Of a stretch of 64,000 nt of DNA, positions 10,572 through 20,356 are shown piece after piece. The number at the start of each line of letters is the position of its first letter. The stretch's first letter is position 1. The stretch comes from Promethearchaeota archaeon (lineage in GTDB: Archaea; Asgardarchaeota; Lokiarchaeia; Sigyniarchaeales; SOKP01): NCBI GenBank assembly GCA_016839705.1, contig JAEOTR010000016.1, positions 1-64,000 of the forward strand, given 5' to 3'. Under the pieces are notes generated by a model. That model was given only the letters and a program-made list of their open reading frames with translations, searched no databases and had not been told where the DNA came from. The translations under genes were made by a program, and so were the position numbers.

Positions 10572-11231
10572 TTATTTTTCAATTAAAACTTTCTTTTTAA
10601 TGATTTTTCGAAGCATTACTGATAATGCTGATTTAGACTTTCCCATTTGATTAGCTAATTCTTCTAATGAAATTTTTCTCGGAACTTCGAAGAAACCTTT
10701 TTCTATCGCTCGATCGAGTATTTCAGATTCATCCAGACTCAATTTATATTTTTCATCCTCAAGATCATAAGGAGCACTCCCAATTCTGAGCAATTCATAA
10801 TCGATTTTCCTATTATCAAATATTGTTAATAATTCATCAATCCTGCTTCTTGAAGATATCAATCTCCAATATGCATAACCTTCTCTTACATTTACAGGAA
10901 AATCGATCAACACTCCACAATTTATTACAGCATACAATAAGTATGGATCTTTTGTCTTTATATTAATCTTTATTCTATTTTCCTCCTGCTCCATAAGACT
11001 AAATTCAACAACAGAGGGATGTTCTTTTATATTTTTTATTATCGATTCAGTATCGTAATGCATTATTTCAAATATGGCATTACCTATAGAATTTTCAAGA
11101 TCATATGGAAGAAAGTATTGAATTTCCATTCTCACGTCAGGAAATTCTTTGAAAATATATGAAATCCACAGTTTATCTGGAAATTTTACTTTTATCCGTG
11201 CCATACTCGATTTATCAGACTTCATATTCAT
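10572..11231 (-). CDS. Bacterio-opsin-activator-type HTH (HTH_10) regulator
   Basis: C-terminal AIEKGFFEVPRKISLEELA...SKSALS. Confidence 0.85.
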   Translation of the reverse strand: MNMKSDKSSMARIKVKFPDKLWISYIFKEFPDVRMEIQYFLPYDLENSIGNAIFEIMHYDTESIIKNIKEHPSVVEFSLMEQEENRIKINIKTKDPYLLYAVINCGVLIDFPVNVREGYAYWRLISSRSRIDELLTIFDNRKIDYELLRIGSAPYDLEDEKYKLSLDESEILDRAIEKGFFEVPRKISLEELANQMGKSKSALSVMLRKIIKKKVLIEK

Positions 11232-11282
11232 CTTCTTTTCTAATCAGTATTTTTTTAATATGGCAGAAAATTAAATAAAATT

Positions 11283-11882
11283 ATGGTTAAAAATAAAAAC
11301 CTAATTCTTGGAATATGTGGAAGTCCGAGGAAACAAGGAACAGATTTTGCAGTCCAATATGCTTTACAATATGCATCAGAGAAATTCGATTTTAACACTG
11401 AGTTCTGGTCAGTAAAGAATAAAAAAATAAAGTTCTGTACACACTGTGATTATTGTATACGAGAGAAAAAAGGGTGTATAAATGTTGATGATCTACAAGA
11501 GTTATATCCGTTACTCGAAAACACGAAATTTCTTTTTATAGGAACTCCGGTTTTTCAAGGCACCTTATCGGGACAATTAAAGACGGTGTTTGATCGCACC
11601 CGAGCATTAGTAGCCAAAGATCCAGAAGTCTTTAAAAATGCAATTGGGGCTGCGTTAGCTGTAGGTGGTGATAGAAATGGGGGACAGGAAATAGCTATAA
11701 GAAGTATCTTAGATTTTTATCAACAAAATCATATTATCAGTGTATCGGGAGGAGCTTTTGGAGCAAATTTAGGTGCAAGTTTATGGAGTCAGGATTTAGG
11801 TATGAAGGGGATTCAAAAAGATGAAGAAGGCTTAAGATCAATTAGAAAAGTAATTAAAAGGTTAGTTGAATTTAAAACATAA
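11283..11882 (+). CDS. Iron-sulfur flavoprotein (Isf, flavodoxin-like)
   Basis: GSPRKQGT; C-x2-C-x2-C-x6-C; GGDRNGGQE. Confidence 0.9.
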   Translation: MVKNKNLILGICGSPRKQGTDFAVQYALQYASEKFDFNTEFWSVKNKKIKFCTHCDYCIREKKGCINVDDLQELYPLLENTKFLFIGTPVFQGTLSGQLKTVFDRTRALVAKDPEVFKNAIGAALAVGGDRNGGQEIAIRSILDFYQQNHIISVSGGAFGANLGASLWSQDLGMKGIQKDEEGLRSIRKVIKRLVEFKT

Positions 11883-11964
11883 CATTTCAAGAATTTAAGG
11901 TTAGTTTATTTCGCTAGCTTGAGCGCGCTTCTCTCAAATCTTAAATAATTTAAAAAAATAGAAA

Positions 11965-12261
11965 TTATTTTACACTAAATAATTTTTTCGCTTCCTTTAT
12001 TCTAAGACCATTAATTCCCCACAGTTCTTTAAACCAATATTTTCCTTTATGCAAAACTGCTGGAGTATTCACAATGCATCCATCTGCGTCGCAAAATGTT
12101 CCAAGAAAATTTTTATCCTGTAATAATTCATGTACAAATTCCTCATCATCAATATCTCGTTCTATAAAGTTAATTTTGTTCTCCTTAAGCCAATCCTTAA
12201 GTTCATGGCAACGATGGCAATCTTCTTTCGTAATAATAATTGGTATATTTGCTTTAGACAT
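11965..12261 (-). CDS. Glutaredoxin-like protein
   Basis: CHRC motif, TP cis-proline, extra C-x4-C. Confidence 0.75.
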   Translation of the reverse strand: MSKANIPIIITKEDCHRCHELKDWLKENKINFIERDIDDEEFVHELLQDKNFLGTFCDADGCIVNTPAVLHKGKYWFKELWGINGLRIKEAKKLFSVK

Positions 12262-12523
12262 AATTAAAGAAAAGGTAATTGCTATTATAAACTTTTTATC
12301 TATGGAATGGAATAAGAAAAGCTGCTAAAAAAAAGCGATTCACGAAAATCACTGAAAAAATTAATATTTAATAAATTAACTTTAAATTAACTTTGACTAT
12401 AAACATTAGATTTCTGATTTTTAATAAATTATTACCATTAGATTATTAATAGAATAGATTCTTTTATTGAATAAGTGGAATTGAGAAATTCTATCTTGTA
12501 AAAAATAAATATTACAGATTATA

Positions 12524-12835
12524 ATGTCAGTAGAAAATTTAATTGAGAAGCTTGCTCAAGAAGTTGAAGGTGAAAAAGGATCAGAAGAAAATATACTCAT
12601 CTTTACTCTTTCAACTTGTATGTGGTGTAAGAAGTGTAAAAGGTTCCTGGATGATCGAAATTTAAAATATAAATATATAGATGTTGACAAGATTGAACGA
12701 GAGGACAAAGCGAAAATATTAGAGCACTTACGATCTAAATACAGTTCAAGAATATCCTATCCTTTTCTTATATGTGAAAAAGGCCATGTAATTGGTTATA
12801 ATCCAAATCAATATGAAGAGTTATTAGGGAAGTGA
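12524..12835 (+). CDS. Glutaredoxin/NrdH-like protein
   Basis: TLSTCMWC motif, SYP; directly upstream of FTR. Confidence 0.85.
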   Translation: MSVENLIEKLAQEVEGEKGSEENILIFTLSTCMWCKKCKRFLDDRNLKYKYIDVDKIEREDKAKILEHLRSKYSSRISYPFLICEKGHVIGYNPNQYEELLGK

Positions 12836-12845
12836 GGGGATAAGA

Positions 12846-13214
12846 GTGGATATGGAAACAAAGGAAGGAATGAAAAAGTATATTGAACAAGTTGCAGAAA
12901 AAAATGATTGGATTTTAAATGGAGAAAAAAGAACTCTTGAAGATTTGATTGAGGGACTAGTTGCTAACAAGAAAAATTTGGGGTATCAATCTTGTCCATG
13001 CAGACTTCCAACTGGTAAAAGGGATTTAGACAGAGATCTAATATGTCCATGCGAATATGCACCCTTAGATATAAAGGAATATTTCGCGTGCTATTGTAAT
13101 CTTTATCTAAGTCGTGATTTCTATGATAAAGGCATAAATTATATTATTGTGCCAGATCGACGACCGGTTGAAAAAGAAAATGCAGCATTGGAATATTTTA
13201 ATAAAACCAAATAA
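12846..13214 (+). CDS. Ferredoxin:thioredoxin/glutaredoxin reductase catalytic subunit
   Basis: CPC...CPC...CYC signature. Confidence 0.92.
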   Translation: MDMETKEGMKKYIEQVAEKNDWILNGEKRTLEDLIEGLVANKKNLGYQSCPCRLPTGKRDLDRDLICPCEYAPLDIKEYFACYCNLYLSRDFYDKGINYIIVPDRRPVEKENAALEYFNKTK

Positions 13215-13310
13215 TATTACTATTTTTTCTCTTTATCTAAAACAAGATAACCAGAATATCAATATTTCATAATCTAAATTTTTATATAATTTTCTTCCCA
13301 TTTGTTAATT

Positions 13311-13466
13311 ATGCCAAATGAAATGTCAGACGATGAATTAGAAGCGGAACTTGATAGAGCTTTTAAAGAAAATGAGGCAAAAAAGGATAACTGTGGAGCA
13401 GCGATACCACCTAATCGAGAAGTAGGAGTTCAACGAACAGATGTGAAGATAAAAAAAGAAAAATAA
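13311..13466 (+). CDS. Small acidic hypothetical protein (51 aa; not in ORF track)
   Basis: MPNEMSDDELEAELDRAFKENEAKKDNCGAAIPPNREVGVQRTDVKIKKEK; coding-like composition within an AT-rich spacer. Confidence 0.6.
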   Translation: MPNEMSDDELEAELDRAFKENEAKKDNCGAAIPPNREVGVQRTDVKIKKEK

Positions 13467-13574
13467 TTTTAATAATAATCTCTTTATACTTATTTTCTTT
13501 ATATTTTTAGAATAGCATTGTTCACATTAGAAATTTATTCTTAAGTATTAAACATCATCAATTTTGTTAAAACC

Positions 13575-14558
13575 ATGGAAGAGCGAATAAAAGGAAGGAA
13601 GAACTATCCTACTGAAGAAGTAGATCCACATCATTTTCTTGATGATGATGAAATTAGAAATCTAATAAAAAGTAAAGATGATATAAATTTTACTCAAAAA
13701 GATTTCTTAGAGCTTTATAATTGTGTTCATTGTGGTGAATGTGAAACAGAAGACGAAAGAATTCTATTAAAACAAAAATATATTGAAGACGGGAATACAT
13801 TTGAAGAGACAGAAGAAATGATTGAGTATTTTCGGAAATATAGATCACCATACCCAACAAATAAAATGCGTATTAAGAGACCAGAGGGAATCCCCCCTAA
13901 ATCTGATACTCTTTTTTTTATGGGATGCCTTTCTACGATAAGAATTCCAAGGTACACTGAACATGCTCTCAAATATCTATTAAACCAAAAAATAGATTTT
14001 ACCATATTAGAAAAAGAAATTTGTTGTGGTTGGCATTTGCTTGCAAGTGGTTTAAGATCTGAATTTGAAACTTGTTGTAATGAAAACATTGAAATCTTCA
14101 GAAAATATAAAAGAGTAATTTGTTTGTGCCCTGCATGCTTTTATCTTTTCAATACTTATTTACAACCTAAATTATCCCCAGATATAAAATTTGAATATAT
14201 ATCTGAATATATTAAACCCTCTAAAGCGAAAAAAGAGGGAAAGATTGGAGTTCAGCATCTATGTCAGTTAATGAATAGGGGGATGGAGGGTGTTGAAATA
14301 TTGGTTGATAAAACTCTTAGAAAAAGTGGGTACGAGGTTATCAATGTCCCACATTGGTGCTGTGGAGGGGGAACAGGATGGATGGGGCGTAAAGATATAA
14401 TTGAAAGTGTCGCTCGTAAAAGAATGTCTGATTTTGACAGAGAAGATATAGATTTTGCTACCACCTATTGCCCTTCGTGTTGGTGGATTTTACGTAGATT
14501 TAGTAAATTATGTAAAATAAAACCAAAAGCAAGGGATCTATTTGAACTTTTATTATAA
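13575..14558 (+). CDS. (Fe-S)-binding CCG-domain protein (HdrD/GlpC-like)
   Basis: Two CCG motifs (EICCG, HWCCGGG), each followed by CP.C; truncated CxxCxxC at the N-terminus. Confidence 0.85.
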   Translation: MEERIKGRKNYPTEEVDPHHFLDDDEIRNLIKSKDDINFTQKDFLELYNCVHCGECETEDERILLKQKYIEDGNTFEETEEMIEYFRKYRSPYPTNKMRIKRPEGIPPKSDTLFFMGCLSTIRIPRYTEHALKYLLNQKIDFTILEKEICCGWHLLASGLRSEFETCCNENIEIFRKYKRVICLCPACFYLFNTYLQPKLSPDIKFEYISEYIKPSKAKKEGKIGVQHLCQLMNRGMEGVEILVDKTLRKSGYEVINVPHWCCGGGTGWMGRKDIIESVARKRMSDFDREDIDFATTYCPSCWWILRRFSKLCKIKPKARDLFELLL

Positions 14559-14566
14559 TGAGTAAT

Positions 14567-14782
14567 TTAATCTAAAACGAGGATTAGTATCACAAAATTA
14601 CTCCCTTTTGAATAATCATCTTTAATGCGGTTTTGAACCCAAATTTCTCCTTGAAAACTTTCGACAATTTTCTTCACTAAAGACAAACCAATTCCCATTC
14701 CTCGTATTTTTGTGTCTTTTTTGTATCCTTTCTCGAATATTAGTTCTTTACTTTCATCAGGAATTCCTATTCCATTATCCAA
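14567..14782 (-). pseudogene. HATPase_c C-terminal remnant of a histidine kinase
   Basis: Only the DNGIGI, F and GMGIGL boxes; in-frame stop a few codons upstream; no N-box or HisKA domain. Confidence 0.75.
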
Positions 14783-14898
14783 AAACTCTGAAAGTAAGAT
14801 TAATTAAATCAATTTAAATTTATGTAAATCACAATCCTTTTTAAGAAGAAGAAAGAGAAGTTTAATTTTATTTGAAAATCTTTTATATATGATTAATC

Positions 14899-16071
14899 TT
14901 GGGATTAGAATCTGATTTAAAGGAGAACTCTGCACTAAAAGGATCTAAAAAATTTACCATTAGAGAATTTGGGGGTGCATTTGGAGATTGGGGAACACTT
15001 ATTCCGTTTATTATTGGTTATATCTCAATAGTGGGTTTAAAACCTGCTGGCATCTTTCTTACATTAGGGTTAACAAATATAATTCTGGGAATTCGTTTCA
15101 ATTTGCCCTTACCAGTTCAACCACAAAAGACAATTGGAACCGTGGCAATATCAGAAAAATGGACTTCTAATATGGTAATATCTACAGGATTTGGGACGGG
15201 AGTTATTTGGTTTTTACTAGGATTTTCTAAAAAACTAAATAAAATAGTGCAGAAAATTCCCATCACTGCCGTACGAGGCATTCAGTTAGGTTTGGCTTTA
15301 ATTTTAGGGTGGGCAGGAATTGTTTTTTTTAGTGGAAATCTATTACTTGGTCTCATTTCAATCTTAATAATATTATTGTTGATAAAGAATAAACCGATCC
15401 CCTCTGCGATAATCCTTACTTTAATGGGTGTTTTAATAGTTATATTCACGGGTACAGTACAGCTATCTGATATTAGATTAGGTTTGCCTATTTTTAGCTT
15501 TGAATTCCCAACCTGGCAGAATTTCTTATTAGGGATGGCTTATGCGGGTATTGCTCAATTATTTTTAACAATTACGAATGTCATGATCGCTACAGTTGTA
15601 TTAATTAAGGATTTATTTCCAGAGAGGGAAGATAATATAGATGCGAATGTCTTAGCATTCAATATGGGTGCTATTAACCTTATTAACCCTTTTTTAGGGG
15701 GAATCCCCTTATGTCATGGATCTGGCGGACTAATGGCTCAATATGCGTTTGGAGCAAGAACTGGAGGATCTATGATTTTGGAAGGAATTCTGGAAATAGT
15801 ACTTGGATTATTTTTTTCTAACACTCTCTTTTTACTCTTTTCCGAGTTTCCGAGTTCCATTTTAGGTGCAATGCTAATTTATACGTCATATTTATTAGGA
15901 AGAATAGCATTTAAAGATTTTAACCGCAAAAGTTTCCCAATAATACTCATATCAGCCATTCTCTGTTGGTATTTAAATATTACAATCGGTTTCTTTATTG
16001 GTCTTATTTTATATCTGATGTTTAAAAAAAAAATTGAAGGAAAGTTGAATATAAATAAAAAATTGATCTAG
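14899..16071 (+). CDS. Molybdate/sulfate transporter (MOT1-like)
   Basis: GAFGDWGT, PLPVQP, PLCHGSGG...FGARTG. Confidence 0.85.
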   Translation: MGLESDLKENSALKGSKKFTIREFGGAFGDWGTLIPFIIGYISIVGLKPAGIFLTLGLTNIILGIRFNLPLPVQPQKTIGTVAISEKWTSNMVISTGFGTGVIWFLLGFSKKLNKIVQKIPITAVRGIQLGLALILGWAGIVFFSGNLLLGLISILIILLLIKNKPIPSAIILTLMGVLIVIFTGTVQLSDIRLGLPIFSFEFPTWQNFLLGMAYAGIAQLFLTITNVMIATVVLIKDLFPEREDNIDANVLAFNMGAINLINPFLGGIPLCHGSGGLMAQYAFGARTGGSMILEGILEIVLGLFFSNTLFLLFSEFPSSILGAMLIYTSYLLGRIAFKDFNRKSFPIILISAILCWYLNITIGFFIGLILYLMFKKKIEGKLNINKKLI

Positions 16072-16236
16072 ATACCGAAAAAATTGTTTAAATAAATTTT
16101 TGAAATATTAGGATATTCCTCTTATCTTTATTTAAAATGTATTAAATTTTTGATTTTTTTATATTTTAAATTAACAATTATTTTAAGGTATAATTCAGAT
16201 ATTCATAATAGAACTAATTAAGATGGTGATATTGGA

Positions 16237-16929
16237 ATGTTTTCTGAAAATGAACTTAATAATGTTAAAAGGGAAATGGCAAAACTTAAGAATCCAGTAG
16301 AGCTCCGTCTATTTACTGATTTCAAAACTCAAGAAGATGGGAGTAAACTTAGAAAGTGTATGACTTGTGAGGGAGTGCACGAGTTATTAACAACATTAGA
16401 AGAGCTCTCTAATGGAAAATTAAAAGTAAATGAATTTTCAACCGAAGAAAATATGGAAGAAGCAGAAAAATATAATGTTTCTAGAATTCCAGCGATATTA
16501 TTCGTTGATGAAAATGACAATGAAATTATTCGATACTTAGCACACCCTACAGGATCTGAGTTTGTACCTTTTCTAAATAGTATACAATATTTTTCAGGAG
16601 TAAGACCCTATTACGCGGATCAAATCATTACTCATCTAAAAAAAATAAAAAAGTCAAATATGAAAATTTTTATTACCCCCACATGCCCGTATTGCCCCGC
16701 AACAGTACCAGTTTTAACGCTTTTTGCAATGGTTTCTAAAGGAAAGATATCCGCAGAAGTAATTGACGTTAACTTGAATCCTGATTTAGGAATGAAATAT
16801 CAAGTTCAAGGAGTACCCCATACAATCGTGAATGAAAAGGATAGTATAATCGGTCAATTTACTCCTCAAGATTTGCTTGATAAACTTGTTGGGTCGAAAG
16901 GAAGAGATTTTGGAGGGATGTATGCATAA
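16237..16929 (+). CDS. Protein disulfide oxidoreductase (PDO/AhpF-N-like), copy 1
   Basis: Two thioredoxin folds, CMTC and CPYC. Confidence 0.88.
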   Translation: MFSENELNNVKREMAKLKNPVELRLFTDFKTQEDGSKLRKCMTCEGVHELLTTLEELSNGKLKVNEFSTEENMEEAEKYNVSRIPAILFVDENDNEIIRYLAHPTGSEFVPFLNSIQYFSGVRPYYADQIITHLKKIKKSNMKIFITPTCPYCPATVPVLTLFAMVSKGKISAEVIDVNLNPDLGMKYQVQGVPHTIVNEKDSIIGQFTPQDLLDKLVGSKGRDFGGMYA

Positions 16930-17613
16930 ATGTCTCAGGATGATAAATATAAGGAAATTATTAAAACAGAAATGGCCAAGTTAAATAAACCTGTTACTCT
17001 GAAGGTATTTACATGTAAGGAGAAACAACCAAGTGGAAGTCAAATACGAGAATGCATGGATTGTGGGCAATTTATGGCTTTACTGAGGGTCTATGAAGAA
17101 AATTCGAATGGGATGCTCACAATTGAAGAACTATGTATTGATGAGAGTCCCGAGTTCGCTAAACAATATGACATAAGTCGAGTCCCAACTATTTTATTTA
17201 TAGATGATCAGGGGAGAGAAGTTATTCGCTATTTAGCCTCGCCCAAAGCGGGTGAAATTCAACCATTCATTCAAGCGGTATTTGCATTTGCCGGGGCATC
17301 CAATTATTATGAGAATACGATACGGCAGAACTTAAACCGTATCAAGCCATCTACAATAAAGGTGATGATAACAGAAACTTGCCCATACTGTCCGCAGGTT
17401 GCTACGATAGTTAACAATTTTGCGATTGCGTCCAATGGAAAAATTAGATCAGTCATAATCGATATAATAGCAAATCCAGATATCGGTCAGTATTACGATG
17501 CCGCAGGTGTTCCCTATACGATAATAAATGATCAAAAAACAATTGTTGGAATGGTTGGTGCACCTGAGATATTAAAGGCATTGATTGGGAGTAATATTCG
17601 AGTTCAGTATTGA
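16930..17613 (+). CDS. Protein disulfide oxidoreductase, copy 2
   Basis: CMDC and CPYC; abuts copy 1. Confidence 0.88.
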   Translation: MSQDDKYKEIIKTEMAKLNKPVTLKVFTCKEKQPSGSQIRECMDCGQFMALLRVYEENSNGMLTIEELCIDESPEFAKQYDISRVPTILFIDDQGREVIRYLASPKAGEIQPFIQAVFAFAGASNYYENTIRQNLNRIKPSTIKVMITETCPYCPQVATIVNNFAIASNGKIRSVIIDIIANPDIGQYYDAAGVPYTIINDQKTIVGMVGAPEILKALIGSNIRVQY

Positions 17614-17734
17614 TTCACTCTAACTAGTTATACTCTATTTTTTTGTATAGAAGAAACCTTTTTAGGCTGTTGTACCCTAGATTAAAAAAGAACTAATATT
17701 TGTAAGGATTATAATATAGAAAGGAGATGAAAAG

Positions 17735-18679
17735 ATGTTTAACATTGATATGGAAAGTATCGATTTAGAAAAAACATATGACCTTATTGTTTTGGGAGGA
17801 GGACCCACAGCAATAGGGTGTGCTATTTATGCTGCAAGGTTTGCCATGGATGTACTGATTATTGGTAAAATGTTTGGAGGATTAATTGCAACAACACATG
17901 TCGTTGAAAATTACCCTGCTATCACCACTATTAGCGGTCAGGGCCTTATGGAGATGTTCAGAGAACATATGAACTCCCTTGATATTCCATACATATCTGA
18001 TGAGATACGAAGCATTGAAAAAGTCGATGATCATTATGAACTTAACTCTTTCTTTCAAAAATTTAAGGCATATTCAATTTGCATCGCTACTGGTTCAGAA
18101 AGGAAAAAACTTGGGGTTCCAGGTGAAGAGGATTTTGCTGGAAGGGGAGTCTCGTATTGTGCAACTTGCGATGGACCTTTTTATAAGGATAAAGTTGTTT
18201 GTGTAATTGGTGGGAGTGATTCTGCTGCAAAAGAAGCACTTTTTTTAGCTCAAAACACTAAAAAAGTTTATATTATTTACCGTGGTAAAGAAATACGAGC
18301 TGAACCGATAAACAAGCAAAGAGTATATGAGAATAATAAAATAGAAATTATATATGAAACGAACATAGTTGAGATCAAAGGAGACACTAATGTGAAATCA
18401 GTTATTTTTGACAATGGAAAAGAATTTGAAATAGATGGTGTTTTTATAGAGATAGGCTCTATTCCAAAGTCAGACTTAGCAAAACGAGTAGGAGTAAAGA
18501 CTAATGAGAAAGGGGAAATCATGATAAATCGTAAATCAGAAACTAATATCCCGGGTATCTTTGCTGCAGGAGATGTAGCTGATGCTCCATTTAAACAAGC
18601 GATTACTGGTGTATCTGAAGGTGTAATTGCCGCTTATTCTGCTTTTGATTATGTAAAGGAAATGGATATAGAATATTAA
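17735..18679 (+). CDS. trxB: Thioredoxin reductase
   Basis: GGGP, GRGVSYCATCDG, FAAGD. Confidence 0.95.
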   Translation: MFNIDMESIDLEKTYDLIVLGGGPTAIGCAIYAARFAMDVLIIGKMFGGLIATTHVVENYPAITTISGQGLMEMFREHMNSLDIPYISDEIRSIEKVDDHYELNSFFQKFKAYSICIATGSERKKLGVPGEEDFAGRGVSYCATCDGPFYKDKVVCVIGGSDSAAKEALFLAQNTKKVYIIYRGKEIRAEPINKQRVYENNKIEIIYETNIVEIKGDTNVKSVIFDNGKEFEIDGVFIEIGSIPKSDLAKRVGVKTNEKGEIMINRKSETNIPGIFAAGDVADAPFKQAITGVSEGVIAAYSAFDYVKEMDIEY

Positions 18680-18859
18680 AATGGTTTTAATCTGTATTTT
18701 GAATGATTTTCAAAAGTATCATTACCTTCTTAAAGATTAATAATTGAGATTTCTTCAGAGGGATTTCTCAAGGGAATTTAGATAAACTTTTATGAATAAA
18801 GGTATAGTTCAGTCAGTTAAATAGTTTTCTTACCTTAAAAAATATAAAAAAGAAAAAAT

Positions 18860-19195
18860 TTATTCGATATTTACATCTATACTATGATATTCAGACTCTC
18901 TAAAAGGCACTTCAATCTTTAAAAGCCCCTGTTTATAAACTGCTTTTGCTTCTTCTGGTTTTACTGGGCAACAAATAGAATAGGTCCCGATATAAATGGT
19001 ATCGTCGGTTTCTCCTTTAATGAAAAAACTATCATCATGCATCTTGAGTTTGATTGAATCTTTTTCTGCTCCAGGTAATTGAATTTCGATTTTGTAAGTT
19101 TCACTTTCATCATCAGCCCAGGAACAAATTTCAGGAGCCATTAAATACTTATCTTCTTTCGAGTCTTCTATAACTTCTTCTTTAACTTCTTCCAT
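18860..19195 (-). CDS. Small heat-shock protein (Hsp20)
   Basis: LPGAEK...AVYKQGLLKIEVP alpha-crystallin motif and C-terminal IDV; ATG at 19195 preferred to the TTG at 19249. Confidence 0.85.
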   Translation of the reverse strand: MEEVKEEVIEDSKEDKYLMAPEICSWADDESETYKIEIQLPGAEKDSIKLKMHDDSFFIKGETDDTIYIGTYSICCPVKPEEAKAVYKQGLLKIEVPFRESEYHSIDVNIE

Positions 19196-19378
19196 TTTTT
19201 TCACTCTAAACCGATTTTTTATTTTTGATTTCTTTATAAATCCATCCAAAGTAGCTGATTTAAAAGTTCTTTCTATAGTTAATTAAAAAATCAAAATTCT
19301 TCGCTTAAAGATTAAATTGAAAATCAGTTTTATTTTTAAAATATAAAAAGTCATAAATTTTCTTGAAATTAAGCACTC

Positions 19379-20305
19379 CTATTGAGGTTTTAGCAAAAGC
19401 GAACCTGTTGATAGTATTTTTAAAATTTTCTCCCAATAATATTCTATTTCCCAATCTTGGGTATTTTTTATCTTTTCAGAGATTTCTTTCAAAACTTCTT
19501 TTACTTTAAGAGAATCAAAATAAGTTATGTTGGGTGCGATTATAGAAAGCATATATTGCTTTTCTCTGAATCTTTCGTTTTTATCTGGAAAAGCATCAAA
19601 AAAAACGTATCCTTGTTTTTTTATATTTTCAATATTGAGTAAAATGCCTTCAGCTTTAGTGATTTTTTGATGTCCATAAATTGAGGTAGCAGCATGGAAT
19701 AATTGTTTACCTATAGTACTGATTGAAAAATGACATTTTTTCTCAGGAGGATGACTATTCCTCAATATGGGGCCCTCAATATCGTCCCAAAACACAATTA
19801 ATAGATAAAAAGGTAAGGTATCATCTTCAGAAATAGATGGTTGCATTTCTATTTGATAGGAGGTTAGTAAATCCGTAATTTTTTTATCTATTAAATCAGT
19901 TTTTCGATTTCGAGCAATCTTTCCTGAGACTGATGCAATAAGGTCTTCCTTATTAAATGGTTTGGTGATGTAATCATCAGCCCCTAGCATTTTACCCAAT
20001 CGAATATCTTCTGGAGTGGATTTTGCTGTTAGAAATAAAAATGGTATACGATTCCATTGAGGATGAGAAGAAACCGCAGAAAAAAATTCGTAGCCATTCA
20101 TATTTGGCATCATTATATCGGAAATGATCACATCAGGAATTGCATTTAAAGTAGAGAGATTCTTAAGTGCTGTTTCTCCGTTAATGGAAGTTATGACGTC
20201 ATAACCCCTTTCTTCTAGCATAATTTTTAGGTTGAAGAGGATATCATGATTGTCGTCGACGACTAGAAGAAGGGGTTTTGCTTTCACCATTCTAATTTTT
20301 CTCAT
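19379..20305 (-). CDS. Response regulator receiver fused to a putative longin/uDENN-like output domain
   Basis: VVDD, SDIMMP, FLTA, ITKPF receiver motifs; C-terminal FWDDIEGP and DKNERFREKQYMLSII. Confidence 0.85.
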   Translation of the reverse strand: MRKIRMVKAKPLLLVVDDNHDILFNLKIMLEERGYDVITSINGETALKNLSTLNAIPDVIISDIMMPNMNGYEFFSAVSSHPQWNRIPFLFLTAKSTPEDIRLGKMLGADDYITKPFNKEDLIASVSGKIARNRKTDLIDKKITDLLTSYQIEMQPSISEDDTLPFYLLIVFWDDIEGPILRNSHPPEKKCHFSISTIGKQLFHAATSIYGHQKITKAEGILLNIENIKKQGYVFFDAFPDKNERFREKQYMLSIIAPNITYFDSLKVKEVLKEISEKIKNTQDWEIEYYWEKILKILSTGSLLLKPQ

Positions 20306-20356
20306 TAAACTAGTAAGAAGATATTTGAATCTATTATTATTTAAAATTTTTTGAAT

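Noticed and set aside
12373-12394. Direct repeat AAATTAACTTT x2 between divergent glutaredoxin genes
   Set aside because: Low complexity in a very AT-rich spacer; cannot be distinguished from chance
497-18679. Selenocysteine (in-frame TGA) in the redox genes
   Set aside because: The redox motifs examined are complete with Cys and no ORF appears cut at a catalytic position
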